A stretch of DNA of 43,456 bases, from assembly GCA_047972845.1 (NCBI GenBank), contig JBKEBB010000041.1, forward strand, positions 1 through 43,456. The letters run 5' to 3'. This document shows, in pieces, positions 18,993 through 28,022 of the stretch. The notes beneath the pieces were generated by a model. The model saw only the letters and a program-made list of their open reading frames with translations, searched no databases and was not told the DNA's origin. Position 1 is the stretch's first letter. Every line of letters begins with the position of its first letter. This DNA is from Bacteroidales bacterium (GTDB taxonomy: Bacteria; Bacteroidota; Bacteroidia; Bacteroidales; JBKEBB01). The position numbers and the translations under genes were made by a program.

Positions 18993-19030
18993 GATCGCTC
19001 AAATTTGAAATCCATAACACTACTTTAATT

Positions 19031-19768
19031 ATGTATTCCAATAGATCCGGCTTCTTTAGCTCACTTCCAGTTGTTACAAAGAATCTATTGTTGATCAACG
19101 TTATTTTTTGGATTGCATCCATCACGTTGCCTTCAATTACTCTTCGTTTCTTCGGTCGTCCGTTTGACCTGATCGATTGGTTGGGTATGCACTTTATCCT
19201 CAGCGATAAATTCAACGCGGCTCAAATGGTAAGCTACATGTTTTTACACGACACACGAAGCTTCACCCATCTCTTTTTCAACATGTTCTCCGTGTTTATG
19301 TTTGGACGTGTACTTGAATCGGTTTGGGGACCAAAACGATTCCTTACGTTCTACCTGTTTACCGGAATCGGTGCCGGGGTTATCCAACAACTCACTTGGG
19401 TGTATGACATGTGGCCCATTATTACCGCAAATGTACCCATTGTCGATTCGATGCACGCGATCATTCCTAAATCGTTGATTTTCGATCAAGCCATCACCAT
19501 CGGAGCATCAGGTGCTGTTTTCGGCATCCTACTGGGATTCGGAATGATGTTTCCCAATGCCCCTCTCTATTTGATGTTTATCCCAATTCCGATCAAAGCC
19601 AAATATCTTATGATTGGTTACGGTCTGATCGAATTGTTTATGGGAGTTGCCAGTTTCCGTGGCGACAATGTTGCCCACTTTGCCCACTTGGGAGGAATGT
19701 TGTTCGCCTACATTATGATCCGCATGTGGAAGAATAAAAGCATGAACGATGGGAACTATTATCGCTGA
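19031..19768 (+). CDS. Rhomboid-family intramembrane serine protease (paralog 1)
   Basis: TM2 motif HLFFNM, catalytic GASGAVFG, and the TM6 His in AHFAHLGG. Confidence 0.88.
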   Translation: MYSNRSGFFSSLPVVTKNLLLINVIFWIASITLPSITLRFFGRPFDLIDWLGMHFILSDKFNAAQMVSYMFLHDTRSFTHLFFNMFSVFMFGRVLESVWGPKRFLTFYLFTGIGAGVIQQLTWVYDMWPIITANVPIVDSMHAIIPKSLIFDQAITIGASGAVFGILLGFGMMFPNAPLYLMFIPIPIKAKYLMIGYGLIELFMGVASFRGDNVAHFAHLGGMLFAYIMIRMWKNKSMNDGNYYR

Positions 19769-20639
19769 TCTTAAAACCAGGTTTAATGAAGGATCCCTCC
19801 TCCATAAACTGATATACATCAATGTAGGGATGTTTCTCGCCATCCGCCTATTGGTGGTAGCGTTTACGCTCTTCAAACTCGATGCGCAAGGCATCTTGCA
19901 ACTATTGCAGCTGCCCTCTTCCCCGATGTCGCTTCTTTACCAGCCGTGGAGCATTCTCACCTACATGATTCTCCACTATGAATTCACCCATATCTTGTTC
20001 AACATGCTATGGATGTATTGGTTTGGCAATATCTTCCTCTCATATTTTAACGAAAGACAGATGGGAGGTCTGTATCTGCTCGGTGGTTTGGGAGGTGCTC
20101 TTCTCTATATTCTTGCTTACAATCTATTCCCCTACTTCAACGAAGTAGTTTACCACTCCTACTTGATGGGTGCCTCCGCCTCTATTCTGGCTATCGTAGT
20201 GGCTGTGGCGTTCTACGCTCCCAATGTAGAGGTTAATCTACTCATCATCGGTCGTGTAAAAATAAAGTACATTGCCTTGTTTACCATCTTTCTGGATCTA
20301 TTATCGGTCACTTCAGACAATGCCGGAGGAAACATCGCCCACCTTGGTGGAGCATTGGTCGGGTATTTGTTTGCCGAAAGATACCGTAAAGGAAAAGATA
20401 TTACCCGCTTTTTTAATCGTATAATCGACAAAGTGGTAAACTGGTTCAAGCCTTCACCCAAACTGAAGGTCACCTATCGCCGTACTGAAACAGACTACGA
20501 CTACAACAAAAGAAAACACAGCGAAGAGAGTGAACTCAACGAAATATTGGAACGCTTGAAGCGTTCGGGATATGCCAGCCTTAGCTCCGAGGAGAAAAAA
20601 AAGCTCTTCGAGGCCGGTAATAAAAACACGGATCAATAA
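19749..20639 (+). CDS. Rhomboid-family intramembrane serine protease (paralog 2) with charged C-terminal tail
   Basis: HILFNM, GASASILA and AHLGGALVGY. It overlaps paralog 1 by 20 nt. It carries a ~70-aa K/E-rich cytoplasmic tail. Confidence 0.88.
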   Translation: MGTIIADLKTRFNEGSLLHKLIYINVGMFLAIRLLVVAFTLFKLDAQGILQLLQLPSSPMSLLYQPWSILTYMILHYEFTHILFNMLWMYWFGNIFLSYFNERQMGGLYLLGGLGGALLYILAYNLFPYFNEVVYHSYLMGASASILAIVVAVAFYAPNVEVNLLIIGRVKIKYIALFTIFLDLLSVTSDNAGGNIAHLGGALVGYLFAERYRKGKDITRFFNRIIDKVVNWFKPSPKLKVTYRRTETDYDYNKRKHSEESELNEILERLKRSGYASLSSEEKKKLFEAGNKNTDQ

Positions 20640-20764
20640 TCGTTCGTAAAGACGCAATGTCTTGCGAGAGGGAAACCAACACTATTACACACGACCACTA
20701 ATCAAGACAAAGGGACTCTCCTATAGGGGTATCCTACCGTAAATAACCTTCCTCCCTGTTTTTT

Positions 20765-21868
20765 ATGGAAACAATTCGTCGATTCATACATATAATTTTG
20801 CTCTCTCTCAACCTGTTCGTGGGAGCTCTATTGGTTCTCTCTGCCTACTCAGACAGACTCGACCCATATGTATATCGGATTGCTCCATACATCGGACTGA
20901 TTTTTCCTGTTTTTATCATCCTAAATCTCGGATTCTTAATTCTCGGTATTTGGAAGGTGCGAAGCTGTCTCGTTGCTTCGCTGATCTTTTTCTTTCTTTG
21001 TGCCAAACCTATCTCCAACTACTTCCCGGTAAAAAGCATATTCAGCCAATCTTCTACATCTGACATTAAGTTTATGACCTACAACGTTCAAGGGTATAAA
21101 CACGGAAGTAAACTCAATAAGACAACCAGAAAACTGGTCGATTTCATCAATGAAGAAGATGCCGATATTGTTTGCATGCAAGAGATGTTTTGGGTACATG
21201 CCGGAGATAAAGCCGGAGAAGAGATCTCCTACAAAACGGCATTCAAGAAATATAAATACAAACATGTAGCCCAATTCGATATGAAGAAATGGGGTGCCCG
21301 TTCAGGATTGGCTTTGCTATCAAAATACCCGATAAAGAGTGCCCGTCAAATAAATTATAAATCAAGTTCAAACGCTTCGATTGTGTACGAAGTGGAGGTG
21401 AAAAAGGGAAAAACAATCACGATCATCAACAATCACCTCGAATCAAACGGACTATCCAACTCCGAACGTCAGTTCTACAGAGAAATGCTCGACAATCCGG
21501 ACATTGATAAGATTAAAGAAAAACGTTTCGATATAATACGCAAATACGGACATTCGGCAGTCAAACGAGCTGAACAGGCCAAAGAGGTTCGCAAAATAAT
21601 TGACAAGGCCAAAGGTGAAGTCATCGTTTGTGGCGACTTCAACGACACTCAGCAATCTCACGCCTATTATCTCATCAAGGGCGACAACCTCCGAAGTGCC
21701 TTTATTGATAGTGGATTCGGACCCGGAATCACCTACTACAGCCACCTACTCTACTTTAGGATAGACCATATTCTTTACTCTCCCGGATTAGTTCCATCGA
21801 ACAGCGAGGTCCCTAAGGTCCATTTTTCTGATCACTATCCGGTAGTGACCCATTTCAGCTTCAAATAA
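20765..21868 (+). CDS. Membrane-anchored endonuclease/exonuclease/phosphatase (EEP) family protein
   Basis: Three N-terminal hydrophobic helices followed by EEP motifs (FMTYNVQG, IVCMQE, GDFND, FSDHYPV). Confidence 0.85.
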   Translation: METIRRFIHIILLSLNLFVGALLVLSAYSDRLDPYVYRIAPYIGLIFPVFIILNLGFLILGIWKVRSCLVASLIFFFLCAKPISNYFPVKSIFSQSSTSDIKFMTYNVQGYKHGSKLNKTTRKLVDFINEEDADIVCMQEMFWVHAGDKAGEEISYKTAFKKYKYKHVAQFDMKKWGARSGLALLSKYPIKSARQINYKSSSNASIVYEVEVKKGKTITIINNHLESNGLSNSERQFYREMLDNPDIDKIKEKRFDIIRKYGHSAVKRAEQAKEVRKIIDKAKGEVIVCGDFNDTQQSHAYYLIKGDNLRSAFIDSGFGPGITYYSHLLYFRIDHILYSPGLVPSNSEVPKVHFSDHYPVVTHFSFK

Positions 21869-21884
21869 ACCACCTGTAAAAACA

Positions 21885-21965
21885 GAATATACCTTTTCAT
21901 CAAAAGGAGTACTCCTTTTACTCAAAAGGAGCATACGTATTACTCAAAAGGTATATTCCTTTTTT
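21885..21965. repeat. TCAAAAGG-family composite palindromic intergenic element, copy 2
   Basis: Outer arms GAATATACCTTTT (21885-97) / AAAAGGTATATTC (21946-58) enclose the loopless 18-bp palindrome AAAAGGAGTACTCCTTTT (21902-19) and the unit CTCAAAAGGAGCATACGTATTA. TCAAAAGG occurs three times. The element shares a 15-mer with 31225-39 and a 13-mer with 6642-54. A T-run follows at 21959-65. Confidence 0.75.
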
Positions 21966-22081
21966 CGTCATAGAATTATTCGATCTGAAAAACAGAATCC
22001 GACCACAACATAATGAATAATAGATGTTTGAATTATAGACGGTTACGATGGGAGAAGGAGACTGAAACGAATCTCAACACT

Positions 22082-22837
22082 CTATTTACTATCCTTTGTA
22101 CTTTCCGTTGGTGTATCCCAAGGATTTCGTACCACCATACGAGTATGATCCGCTGGCTTAATTTTGAAGCGCGCTTCGAGATAGAGAAACTGATTTAAGA
22201 TATCGGAAACAAGCTCTGTTGTTACCTTTTCTAAGGGAATGTACACACGCATAGAGCTGTCATTCCACACAAAATATTCGGCATATTCTTTTCCCTCCAA
22301 ATAAGATATAATCTCTCCGGATAGCCGTTGCATCTTTTTCTCGGTGTAAGAATCGGTGAAAAGGAATCCAATACACAACATAAATTGCTGACGAAATAGT
22401 AATTTCTTTTTGTCAAACGTTTCAATTAATGTGAAGTATTCTCTGTCCTTGAATCTGAAAAATAGATGAAAGAAGCGCCCATCGTCCATTTTGATATTGT
22501 TGCCTGCTATTGGAATCAATAGAGAGATCAGCCACTCCAACCGTTTTCGAGGAGCACGATGGTAGATGAAGTACAATCGTAAAAATAGCGGTAAAGGGAC
22601 TGAGAGAAAGATCACCAGATTTACCCAAATAAGCACCTGCACCCATAATAATGGAAACTCATCTATGAAGAAAAAGGAGATAGCAATGGAGCCTACAATG
22701 GGGACCCAAATCAAGGAAAATAGACTTATTGTATCTTCAATCACCTCACCTATAGTCCAATATATATATTTGAACGGCTCTAAGTGTTTTACCTTCAAAT
22801 AGACATTTCGAATATCATTGTAGAGTCCGTTTATCAT
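22082..22837 (-). CDS. Hypothetical membrane protein (two N-terminal TM helices plus ~150-aa soluble domain), no family recognised
   Basis: Single long ORF of 251 aa. TM candidates are ISLFSLIWVPIVGSIAISFFFI and LLWVQVLIWVNLVIFLSVPLPLFL. The region looks AT-richer than its flanks by eye. No perfect -7 box lies upstream. Confidence 0.55.
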   Translation of the reverse strand: MINGLYNDIRNVYLKVKHLEPFKYIYWTIGEVIEDTISLFSLIWVPIVGSIAISFFFIDEFPLLWVQVLIWVNLVIFLSVPLPLFLRLYFIYHRAPRKRLEWLISLLIPIAGNNIKMDDGRFFHLFFRFKDREYFTLIETFDKKKLLFRQQFMLCIGFLFTDSYTEKKMQRLSGEIISYLEGKEYAEYFVWNDSSMRVYIPLEKVTTELVSDILNQFLYLEARFKIKPADHTRMVVRNPWDTPTESTKDSK

Positions 22838-22974
22838 GTTTAACGAATTTAAGGAGTATTATTTGCTGCTTCGATACTTCCAAAACGCTTTATATAAAGG
22901 GGTTTAGGAATGATTGAAGAATTCGCGGAAGGCATAAAAAACCTAATTCTGGCTCCACAATCCATAAAACCCAC

Positions 22975-22982
22975 TATCTTTG
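22975..22982 (+). promoter_or_regulatory. -7 promoter box TATCTTTG upstream of pdxJ
   Basis: Perfect TAnnTTTG, 99 nt upstream of the pdxJ ATG. Confidence 0.45.
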
Positions 22983-23080
22983 TATCGGAATTGGAGTAAA
23001 TGTACATATTTTCCCAATATTACATATCATTTCTTTTTTAAAAAATATTTTGAAAGAAAGTTTTCATAAACGAGAGATAC

Positions 23081-23806
23081 ATGAGCAAGCAGACTAAATT
23101 AAGCGTAAATATCAATAAGATCGCCACATTGCGAAACTCTCGCGGTGGAAACATCCCCGATGTGGTTCAGTTTGCTATTGATTGCGAAAGGATGGGAGCA
23201 GATGGAATTACAGTTCATCCCCGACCCGACGAACGACATATTCGCTATGCGGATGTGCACGACTTACGCAAAGTAGTTCGTACTGAATTCAACATTGAAG
23301 GATATCCATCAAAGGAATTTATCAAATTGGTACTTGAGGCGAGGCCCCAGCAAGTAACGCTTGTTCCCGATGCTCCGGATGCTATCACCTCTCACGAGGG
23401 ATGGGATACGGTAGAACATCTCGGATTTTTGACCGAGGTGGTAGAAAAGTTTAAAGAATACGGCATTCGAACATCATTGTTTGTAGCACCGGAAGTTCAG
23501 TTCGTTGAATACGCTGCAAAAGCAGGTGCCGACCGTGTTGAACTATATACCGAACCTTACGCGTTGATGTTTAAATCAAATCCGGAGAAAGCCATCGCCC
23601 CCTACATAGAGGCTGCCAAAACTGCTAAACGGTGTGGACTCGGCCTGAACGCAGGCCACGACCTGAGCTTGGTCAACCTCTCTTACTTCCGTGCTCAGAT
23701 TCCTAATCTCGACGAAGTGTCGATTGGTCACGCGTTGGTCGCGGACGCGTTGTATTTAGGAATTGCCGAAACAATTAAACAGTACAAGGCCTGTTTGATT
23801 ATTTGA
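23081..23806 (+). CDS. pdxJ: Pyridoxine 5'-phosphate synthase
   Basis: [17 protein letters not shown] and [13 protein letters not shown] match the conserved PdxJ N-terminal motifs. 241 aa. Confidence 0.92.
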   Translation: MSKQTKLSVNINKIATLRNSRGGNIPDVVQFAIDCERMGADGITVHPRPDERHIRYADVHDLRKVVRTEFNIEGYPSKEFIKLVLEARPQQVTLVPDAPDAITSHEGWDTVEHLGFLTEVVEKFKEYGIRTSLFVAPEVQFVEYAAKAGADRVELYTEPYALMFKSNPEKAIAPYIEAAKTAKRCGLGLNAGHDLSLVNLSYFRAQIPNLDEVSIGHALVADALYLGIAETIKQYKACLII

Positions 23807-23925
23807 TATCCCAACATAGAGAACAAGCAGGACGGAGTAATTGACAGCCGCACCGGAATAGTTGCTGACAGACCCAAGAGCCTGCCGGTTTAACGCTATT
23901 TTAAACGACTAAACAACTATACAAC

Positions 23926-24633
23926 ATGAGTGTTTTGCTCTCTCTTCAACAAGAATTGGCGGGTGCCGCATCGCAAGTGCCCGAACTAACACAGGTGGTT
24001 GATAAAGCCACAGAGATGAACTTATTGGAACTGACAATGAAAGGAGGATGGATCATGATTCCTCTATTCCTATTATCATTCCTGGCCATCTACATCTTTT
24101 TTGAACGGGTTGTTGTTATCCGCAAAGCAAGCAAAGAGGACAACTCGTTTATGAATCGCATCAAAGATTATATTCGGGAAGGAAAAATCGACTCGGCGAA
24201 AAACCTTTGCCGAACAGTCAATACCCCCTCGGCTCGCATGATTGAAAAAGGAATCTCACGCTTAGGTCGCCCGATGAATGACGTGCTTGTAGCCATTGAG
24301 AATGTGGGTAATCTTGAAATCGCAAACCTCGAGAAAGGATTTCCTCTCTTAGCCACTGTAGCTGCAGGAGCTCCTATGATCGGCTTCCTCGGAACAGTTA
24401 CCGGAATGGTTCAGGCCTTCTTCGACATGGCCAACGCCGGAAACAATGCCGACATCACACTCCTATCTTCCGGTATTTATCAAGCATTGGTTACCACTGT
24501 GGCAGGATTGATAGTAGGTATCATCGCACTGTTTGCCTACAACTACCTCGTTTCCGAAGTGGACAAGGTAGTCCATCAGATGGAGGCCAAAACCATGGAG
24601 TTTATGGATATCCTCAACGCTCCTGCCGAATAA
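23926..24633 (+). CDS. exbB: MotA/TolQ/ExbB proton-channel family protein
   Basis: Three TM segments and the conserved C-terminal core (GAPMIGFLGTVTGMVQAF ... ALVTTVAGLIVGIIAL). Confidence 0.88.
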   Translation: MSVLLSLQQELAGAASQVPELTQVVDKATEMNLLELTMKGGWIMIPLFLLSFLAIYIFFERVVVIRKASKEDNSFMNRIKDYIREGKIDSAKNLCRTVNTPSARMIEKGISRLGRPMNDVLVAIENVGNLEIANLEKGFPLLATVAAGAPMIGFLGTVTGMVQAFFDMANAGNNADITLLSSGIYQALVTTVAGLIVGIIALFAYNYLVSEVDKVVHQMEAKTMEFMDILNAPAE

Positions 24634-24720
24634 GGATAAGAGGCTCTTTTCCTATTCATTCATCTGAGGCATTTACCCCTCTGCTCTGGCAGAGCAACTC
24701 AATCAATCAATACAAATACT

Positions 24721-25128
24721 ATGGCCCTTAAAAGAAGAAATAGAATCACGGCAACCTTCAGCATGGCATCCATGACCGATGTGATCTTCCTGTTGCTTAT
24801 TTTCTTTATGGTGACATCAACGGTGGTTTTCCCCAATGCCATCAAAATATTGTTGCCGCAAGCCAGAAAGCAGACCTCTGCAAAGCCTCTCACCCGTGTA
24901 ACTATTGACAAGGAGCTGAACTACTATGTGGCCTTTGGAAACCAACGGGAGAAAAAGGTACAGTTTGAAGATATTACTCCTTTTCTATTAGAAAGTCAAA
25001 CCAAAGAACCGGAGATGTATGTAGCACTCTATGCCGACGAAGAGGTGCCATATAAAGAAGTGGTAAGGGTGATCAATATCGCCAATGAAAATAAATTCAG
25101 AATGGTAATTGTAACGCGACCCAACTAA
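24721..25128 (+). CDS. exbD: ExbD/TolR biopolymer transport protein
   Basis: N-terminal motif (SMASMTDVIFLLLIFFMVTS) and a ~135-aa single-TM architecture, immediately downstream of exbB. Confidence 0.88.
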   Translation: MALKRRNRITATFSMASMTDVIFLLLIFFMVTSTVVFPNAIKILLPQARKQTSAKPLTRVTIDKELNYYVAFGNQREKKVQFEDITPFLLESQTKEPEMYVALYADEEVPYKEVVRVINIANENKFRMVIVTRPN

Positions 25129-25133
25129 ACGCT

Positions 25134-25991
25134 GTGGACGAATCGAAAAGTAAAATAAACGGATGGATCGGTACGCTCGTGTTTCACGGGATTATCTTGG
25201 TTATACTGCTCTTTTGCGGAATGACACGGGTGGTCAATGAACTCGAAGAGGGTGTGTTGGTTAATTTCGGTAGCGTAAACGAATCTACGGGAGAGTTTGA
25301 ACCGGACAGAGTGGACAGACCTACTCCCGAACCCATTCAACCTGCCACCCCACAAGCATCATCCACTCCACAATCAGGACCTCAAGAGGTGACCACACAA
25401 GATGTGGAGGAGTCTCTCGCGATGAAGCAAGCTGAGAAAAAAAGAAAAGAGGAGATAGAATCCCAGAAGAAAAAGGAGGCGAACGACAAAAGAAGAATGG
25501 AAGTCGCAGCCGCTGAGAAAAGAAAAAAAGAGGAGTTGGCAGAAAAACAACGTAAAGCGGAAGAACAGAAACGGATTGACGCGATAAACAAGCGTGCCTC
25601 AGGAGCCTTCTCTTCTAACAGCACGGCCACTTCGCAAGGTGATTCCGACAGAGGTAGCGGAAACCAGGGAAGCCCCTTTGGAAACTCCAATACGGGTGCC
25701 AACGAAGGAATTGGCGGACATGGAAACTCATGGTCGCTGGCAGGACGATCTCTGCGAGGACAACTCCCCCGCCCTACCTACGGAGTACAGGAAGAAGGTG
25801 TCGTGGTGGTTAATATCACCGTAGATAGATACGGAAACGTATTGTCCGCTACCATCGGACGAGGAACCAATATAGATAATCAGCAACTACGTAATGCCGC
25901 GCTCACGGCGGCTAAGCAGGCGAAATTCAACGACATATCGAATGAAGGGCACCAACAGGGAACAATTACCTATCGCTTCTTCCTGCGTTAA
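25134..25991 (+). CDS. tonB: Energy transducer TonB-family protein (GTG start)
   Basis: N-terminal TM (WIGTLVFHGIILVILLF), a Pro-containing then strongly K/E-rich linker, and a TonB_C-like end (VVVNITVDRYGNVLSATIGRGT...). It starts 6 nt after the exbD stop. Confidence 0.85.
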   Translation: MDESKSKINGWIGTLVFHGIILVILLFCGMTRVVNELEEGVLVNFGSVNESTGEFEPDRVDRPTPEPIQPATPQASSTPQSGPQEVTTQDVEESLAMKQAEKKRKEEIESQKKKEANDKRRMEVAAAEKRKKEELAEKQRKAEEQKRIDAINKRASGAFSSNSTATSQGDSDRGSGNQGSPFGNSNTGANEGIGGHGNSWSLAGRSLRGQLPRPTYGVQEEGVVVVNITVDRYGNVLSATIGRGTNIDNQQLRNAALTAAKQAKFNDISNEGHQQGTITYRFFLR

Positions 25992-26048
25992 TGCTGAAAT
26001 AATCGACATTTTTCCACTCGAATAGTTGCACGGTAAAAAAGAATATCC

Positions 26049-26056
26049 TATCTTTG
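26049..26056 (+). promoter_or_regulatory. -7 promoter box TATCTTTG for tRNA-Phe
   Basis: Perfect TAnnTTTG, 20 nt upstream of the tRNA 5' end. Confidence 0.6.
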
Positions 26057-26075
26057 CACTCGCAAAACAACGGAA

Positions 26076-26148
26076 GGTGCCATAGCTCAGTTGGTAGAGC
26101 AAAGGACTGAAAATCCTTGTGTCCCCGGTTCGATTCCTGGTGGCACCA
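26076..26148 (+). tRNA. tRNA-Phe (anticodon GAA), CCA not fully encoded
   Basis: Acceptor GGTGCCA/TGGCACC, D-arm GCTC-AGTTGGTA-GAGC, anticodon stem AAGGA/TCCTT with loop CTGAAAA, T-loop TTCGATT. The T-stem CCCGG/CCTGG has one C-U mismatch. Confidence 0.9.
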
Positions 26149-26165
26149 CCTTTGAAAACCAAACT

Positions 26166-26201
26166 AAAAACCGTCTAACGAAATTCGTTAGACGGTTTTT
26201 T
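26166..26201 (+). terminator. Intrinsic terminator after tRNA-Phe
   Basis: 10-bp stem CCGTCTAACG / CGTTAGACGG with a 5-nt loop, preceded by an A-run and followed by TTTTTT. Confidence 0.8.
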
Positions 26202-26210
26202 ACTTTCTAT

Positions 26211-26237
26211 CAAAAAGGAATAATCGAACCGATTATT
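26211..26237 (-). terminator. Intrinsic terminator after the Gfo/Idh/MocA gene
   Basis: AATAATCG-AAC-CGATTATT (8-bp stem), followed on the minus strand by CCTTTTTG. It lies 10 nt past the stop codon. Confidence 0.6.
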
Positions 26238-26246
26238 GGATCACAA

Positions 26247-27404
26247 TTAATCAGCAAGAACGACCGTCTTTCCTGTTTTTGCCGATTCGCGGGCCGCGTC
26301 AAGAATTCGAACCACCATCAGGTTATTCTCCAACGAGTACAGCCCATAAGGAGGTTGGGTTATCTTTCCGGTAATCACATTATACAAGTAGGCAAACGGA
26401 TCTTTATACACTTCCACATCGTTCTCCGTTACCCGACGTTGCTCCATCTTAGGCATATCTGACGATCGAAGACGCATATCGGTGCTATTGTCAGCGAAAA
26501 TAACCCCCTTCGTTCCGTAAATTTCCATATCTTTCCGGTCAAAAGGCCAGTTCCACGAGGCTTGAATGATACATTCCGATTCGGGATACGAAACAATGAT
26601 CGTCGCGTTATCGTCCACTTTTGGATATACGTCGGGCTTGAACTGACGCAACACAGCAGTAACCGCAATTGGTTTTTCTCCTTTTGTCAACGCGGTCATC
26701 AAGTTGGCCCCGTAACAACCAAAATCAACCACCGCTCCCCCACCGTTTAGTACGGGATCGGTCAACCATCCCAAGAAAAATTTATCACAACCAATCTCCT
26801 TCGGTCCGCGATGCCCATCGTGAATAACCACCTTCCTAACCTTACCGACAAAGTTATCTTTCTGCACCAACTCCATGGATAGAGCGGTGGTTGGATACCA
26901 CGAGGTCTCGTAGTTGGTAAGAAGATGTATTTGATGTTTTCTTGCCAGATCAGCCATCTCGTTGGCATGCTCCATACTCACCGCAAGAGGCTTCTCTACC
27001 ATCACATGGATTCCTCTGGGAGCGCAAGCCTTCACCACCGACAGATGATCGTAAATAGACCCAAAAGCGACAACCACCTCCGGTTTGGTCTTATCCAACA
27101 TCTCTTCCAGATTCGAATAGATCAGATTCGACTCCAGTCGATACCTGCTTTTCATCTTTTCTATCAATTCGTTGTCCGACTCACACGCCCCCACCAACTT
27201 AAAATCACCTTTGTCAGGCCTATTCATAATAAACGAGATATGCCCATGGGACATTCCCGCGACAGCAATCCTCAGCACCTTCTCGGCATAGAGCGAAGCC
27301 GCAACCGATTGAATCAACATAAAAACGAGAATCAGAGAAATGGTTCTGAGACCCTTTTGTTTTCTACTTTTAAGTGTAATCATATCCACATTCATGGTGT
27401 ACAT
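26247..27404 (-). CDS. Gfo/Idh/MocA-family oxidoreductase with N-terminal signal sequence
   Basis: Signal-like N-terminus (ISLILVFMLIQSVAASLYA), a Rossmann segment (LRIAVAGMSHGH), and the EKP motif (HVMVEKPLAV). Confidence 0.85.
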   Translation of the reverse strand: MYTMNVDMITLKSRKQKGLRTISLILVFMLIQSVAASLYAEKVLRIAVAGMSHGHISFIMNRPDKGDFKLVGACESDNELIEKMKSRYRLESNLIYSNLEEMLDKTKPEVVVAFGSIYDHLSVVKACAPRGIHVMVEKPLAVSMEHANEMADLARKHQIHLLTNYETSWYPTTALSMELVQKDNFVGKVRKVVIHDGHRGPKEIGCDKFFLGWLTDPVLNGGGAVVDFGCYGANLMTALTKGEKPIAVTAVLRQFKPDVYPKVDDNATIIVSYPESECIIQASWNWPFDRKDMEIYGTKGVIFADNSTDMRLRSSDMPKMEQRRVTENDVEVYKDPFAYLYNVITGKITQPPYGLYSLENNLMVVRILDAARESAKTGKTVVLAD

Positions 27405-27446
27405 ATTTATTGGTTAGTTTTTATTCCCTACATTATCGAGTAGAGA

Positions 27447-27454
27447 CAAAGATA
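27447..27454 (-). promoter_or_regulatory. -7 promoter box (TATCTTTG on minus strand) for the Gfo/Idh/MocA gene
   Basis: Plus strand CAAAGATA, 43 nt upstream of the ATG at 27404. Confidence 0.5.
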
Positions 27455-27563
27455 CACTATTTTGAAAACGGTTAGGTATGATTCGTCCACTAATAAGGAG
27501 GATTCCTCAAAAACGAGTAATCCTTTAGCAATTAGCGACCGTTGTTTGTCCAACAATTGTTTA

Positions 27564-27571
27564 TAGCTTTG
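27564..27571 (+). promoter_or_regulatory. -7 promoter box TAGCTTTG for the DsrE-like gene
   Basis: Perfect TAnnTTTG, 72 nt upstream of the ATG at 27643. Confidence 0.5.
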
Positions 27572-27642
27572 CAATATGGAGCAATAAATATGTTTTCAAT
27601 TATTTCTCTTTTTGCAGTACTAACCAATAACACACTGATCGT

Positions 27643-27963
27643 ATGAAGATAGGAATCATCCTCGAAACAAAAGAGTATGAGAAGGCATGGAACGCCTTCC
27701 GATTTGCAGTTACGGCCGTAAAGCAAGGACACGAAGTAAAACTCTTTCTGATGGGAGAGGCCGTGGAATGCGAAGGACTGACCCACGAAAAGTACAATGT
27801 GGATCAACAATTGAAGAAGTTTGTTGAGGTAGGTGGTGAGATTCTGGCCTGTGGTACCTGCCTAACTTCACGAAAGCTGGAGGGAAGCGAGGCTTGTCCG
27901 ATATCAACCATGATCGATTGTGTGAATGTAGTGGTGTGGGCTGACAAGACGGTTACCTTCTAA
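27643..27963 (+). CDS. DsrE/DsrF-like family small protein
   Basis: 106 aa. MKIGIIL...AWNAFRFA...GHEVKLFLMGEAV...ACGTCL resembles the DsrE-fold small proteins. Recognition is by eye only. Confidence 0.6.
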   Translation: MKIGIILETKEYEKAWNAFRFAVTAVKQGHEVKLFLMGEAVECEGLTHEKYNVDQQLKKFVEVGGEILACGTCLTSRKLEGSEACPISTMIDCVNVVVWADKTVTF

Positions 27964-28022
27964 CCTCAGCCCACATCACCCCACTCCAATCATCGCCCTA
28001 CAGATATGTCATACATCTATCC

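Noticed and set aside
24679-24720. 6-bp hairpin (CTCTGC-TCTG-GCAGAG) and a TCAA microrepeat between exbB and exbD
   Set aside because: It is short, weak and common by chance. At most it is an intercistronic stability element, with nothing distinctive.
25430-25570. Purine-rich, repetitive-looking tract inside tonB
   Set aside because: It encodes the K/E-rich charged linker of the TonB-family protein (KKRKEEIESQKKKE...). It is in frame and is not a DNA-level tandem repeat with defined units.
26925-27443. 172-codon ORF antisense to the Gfo/Idh/MocA gene. Similar shadow ORFs lie at 31448-32086, 38064-38582, 4210-4719 and 11780-12184.
   Set aside because: All are nested in strongly supported genes on the opposite strand and have no motifs. 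I treat them as shadow ORFs.
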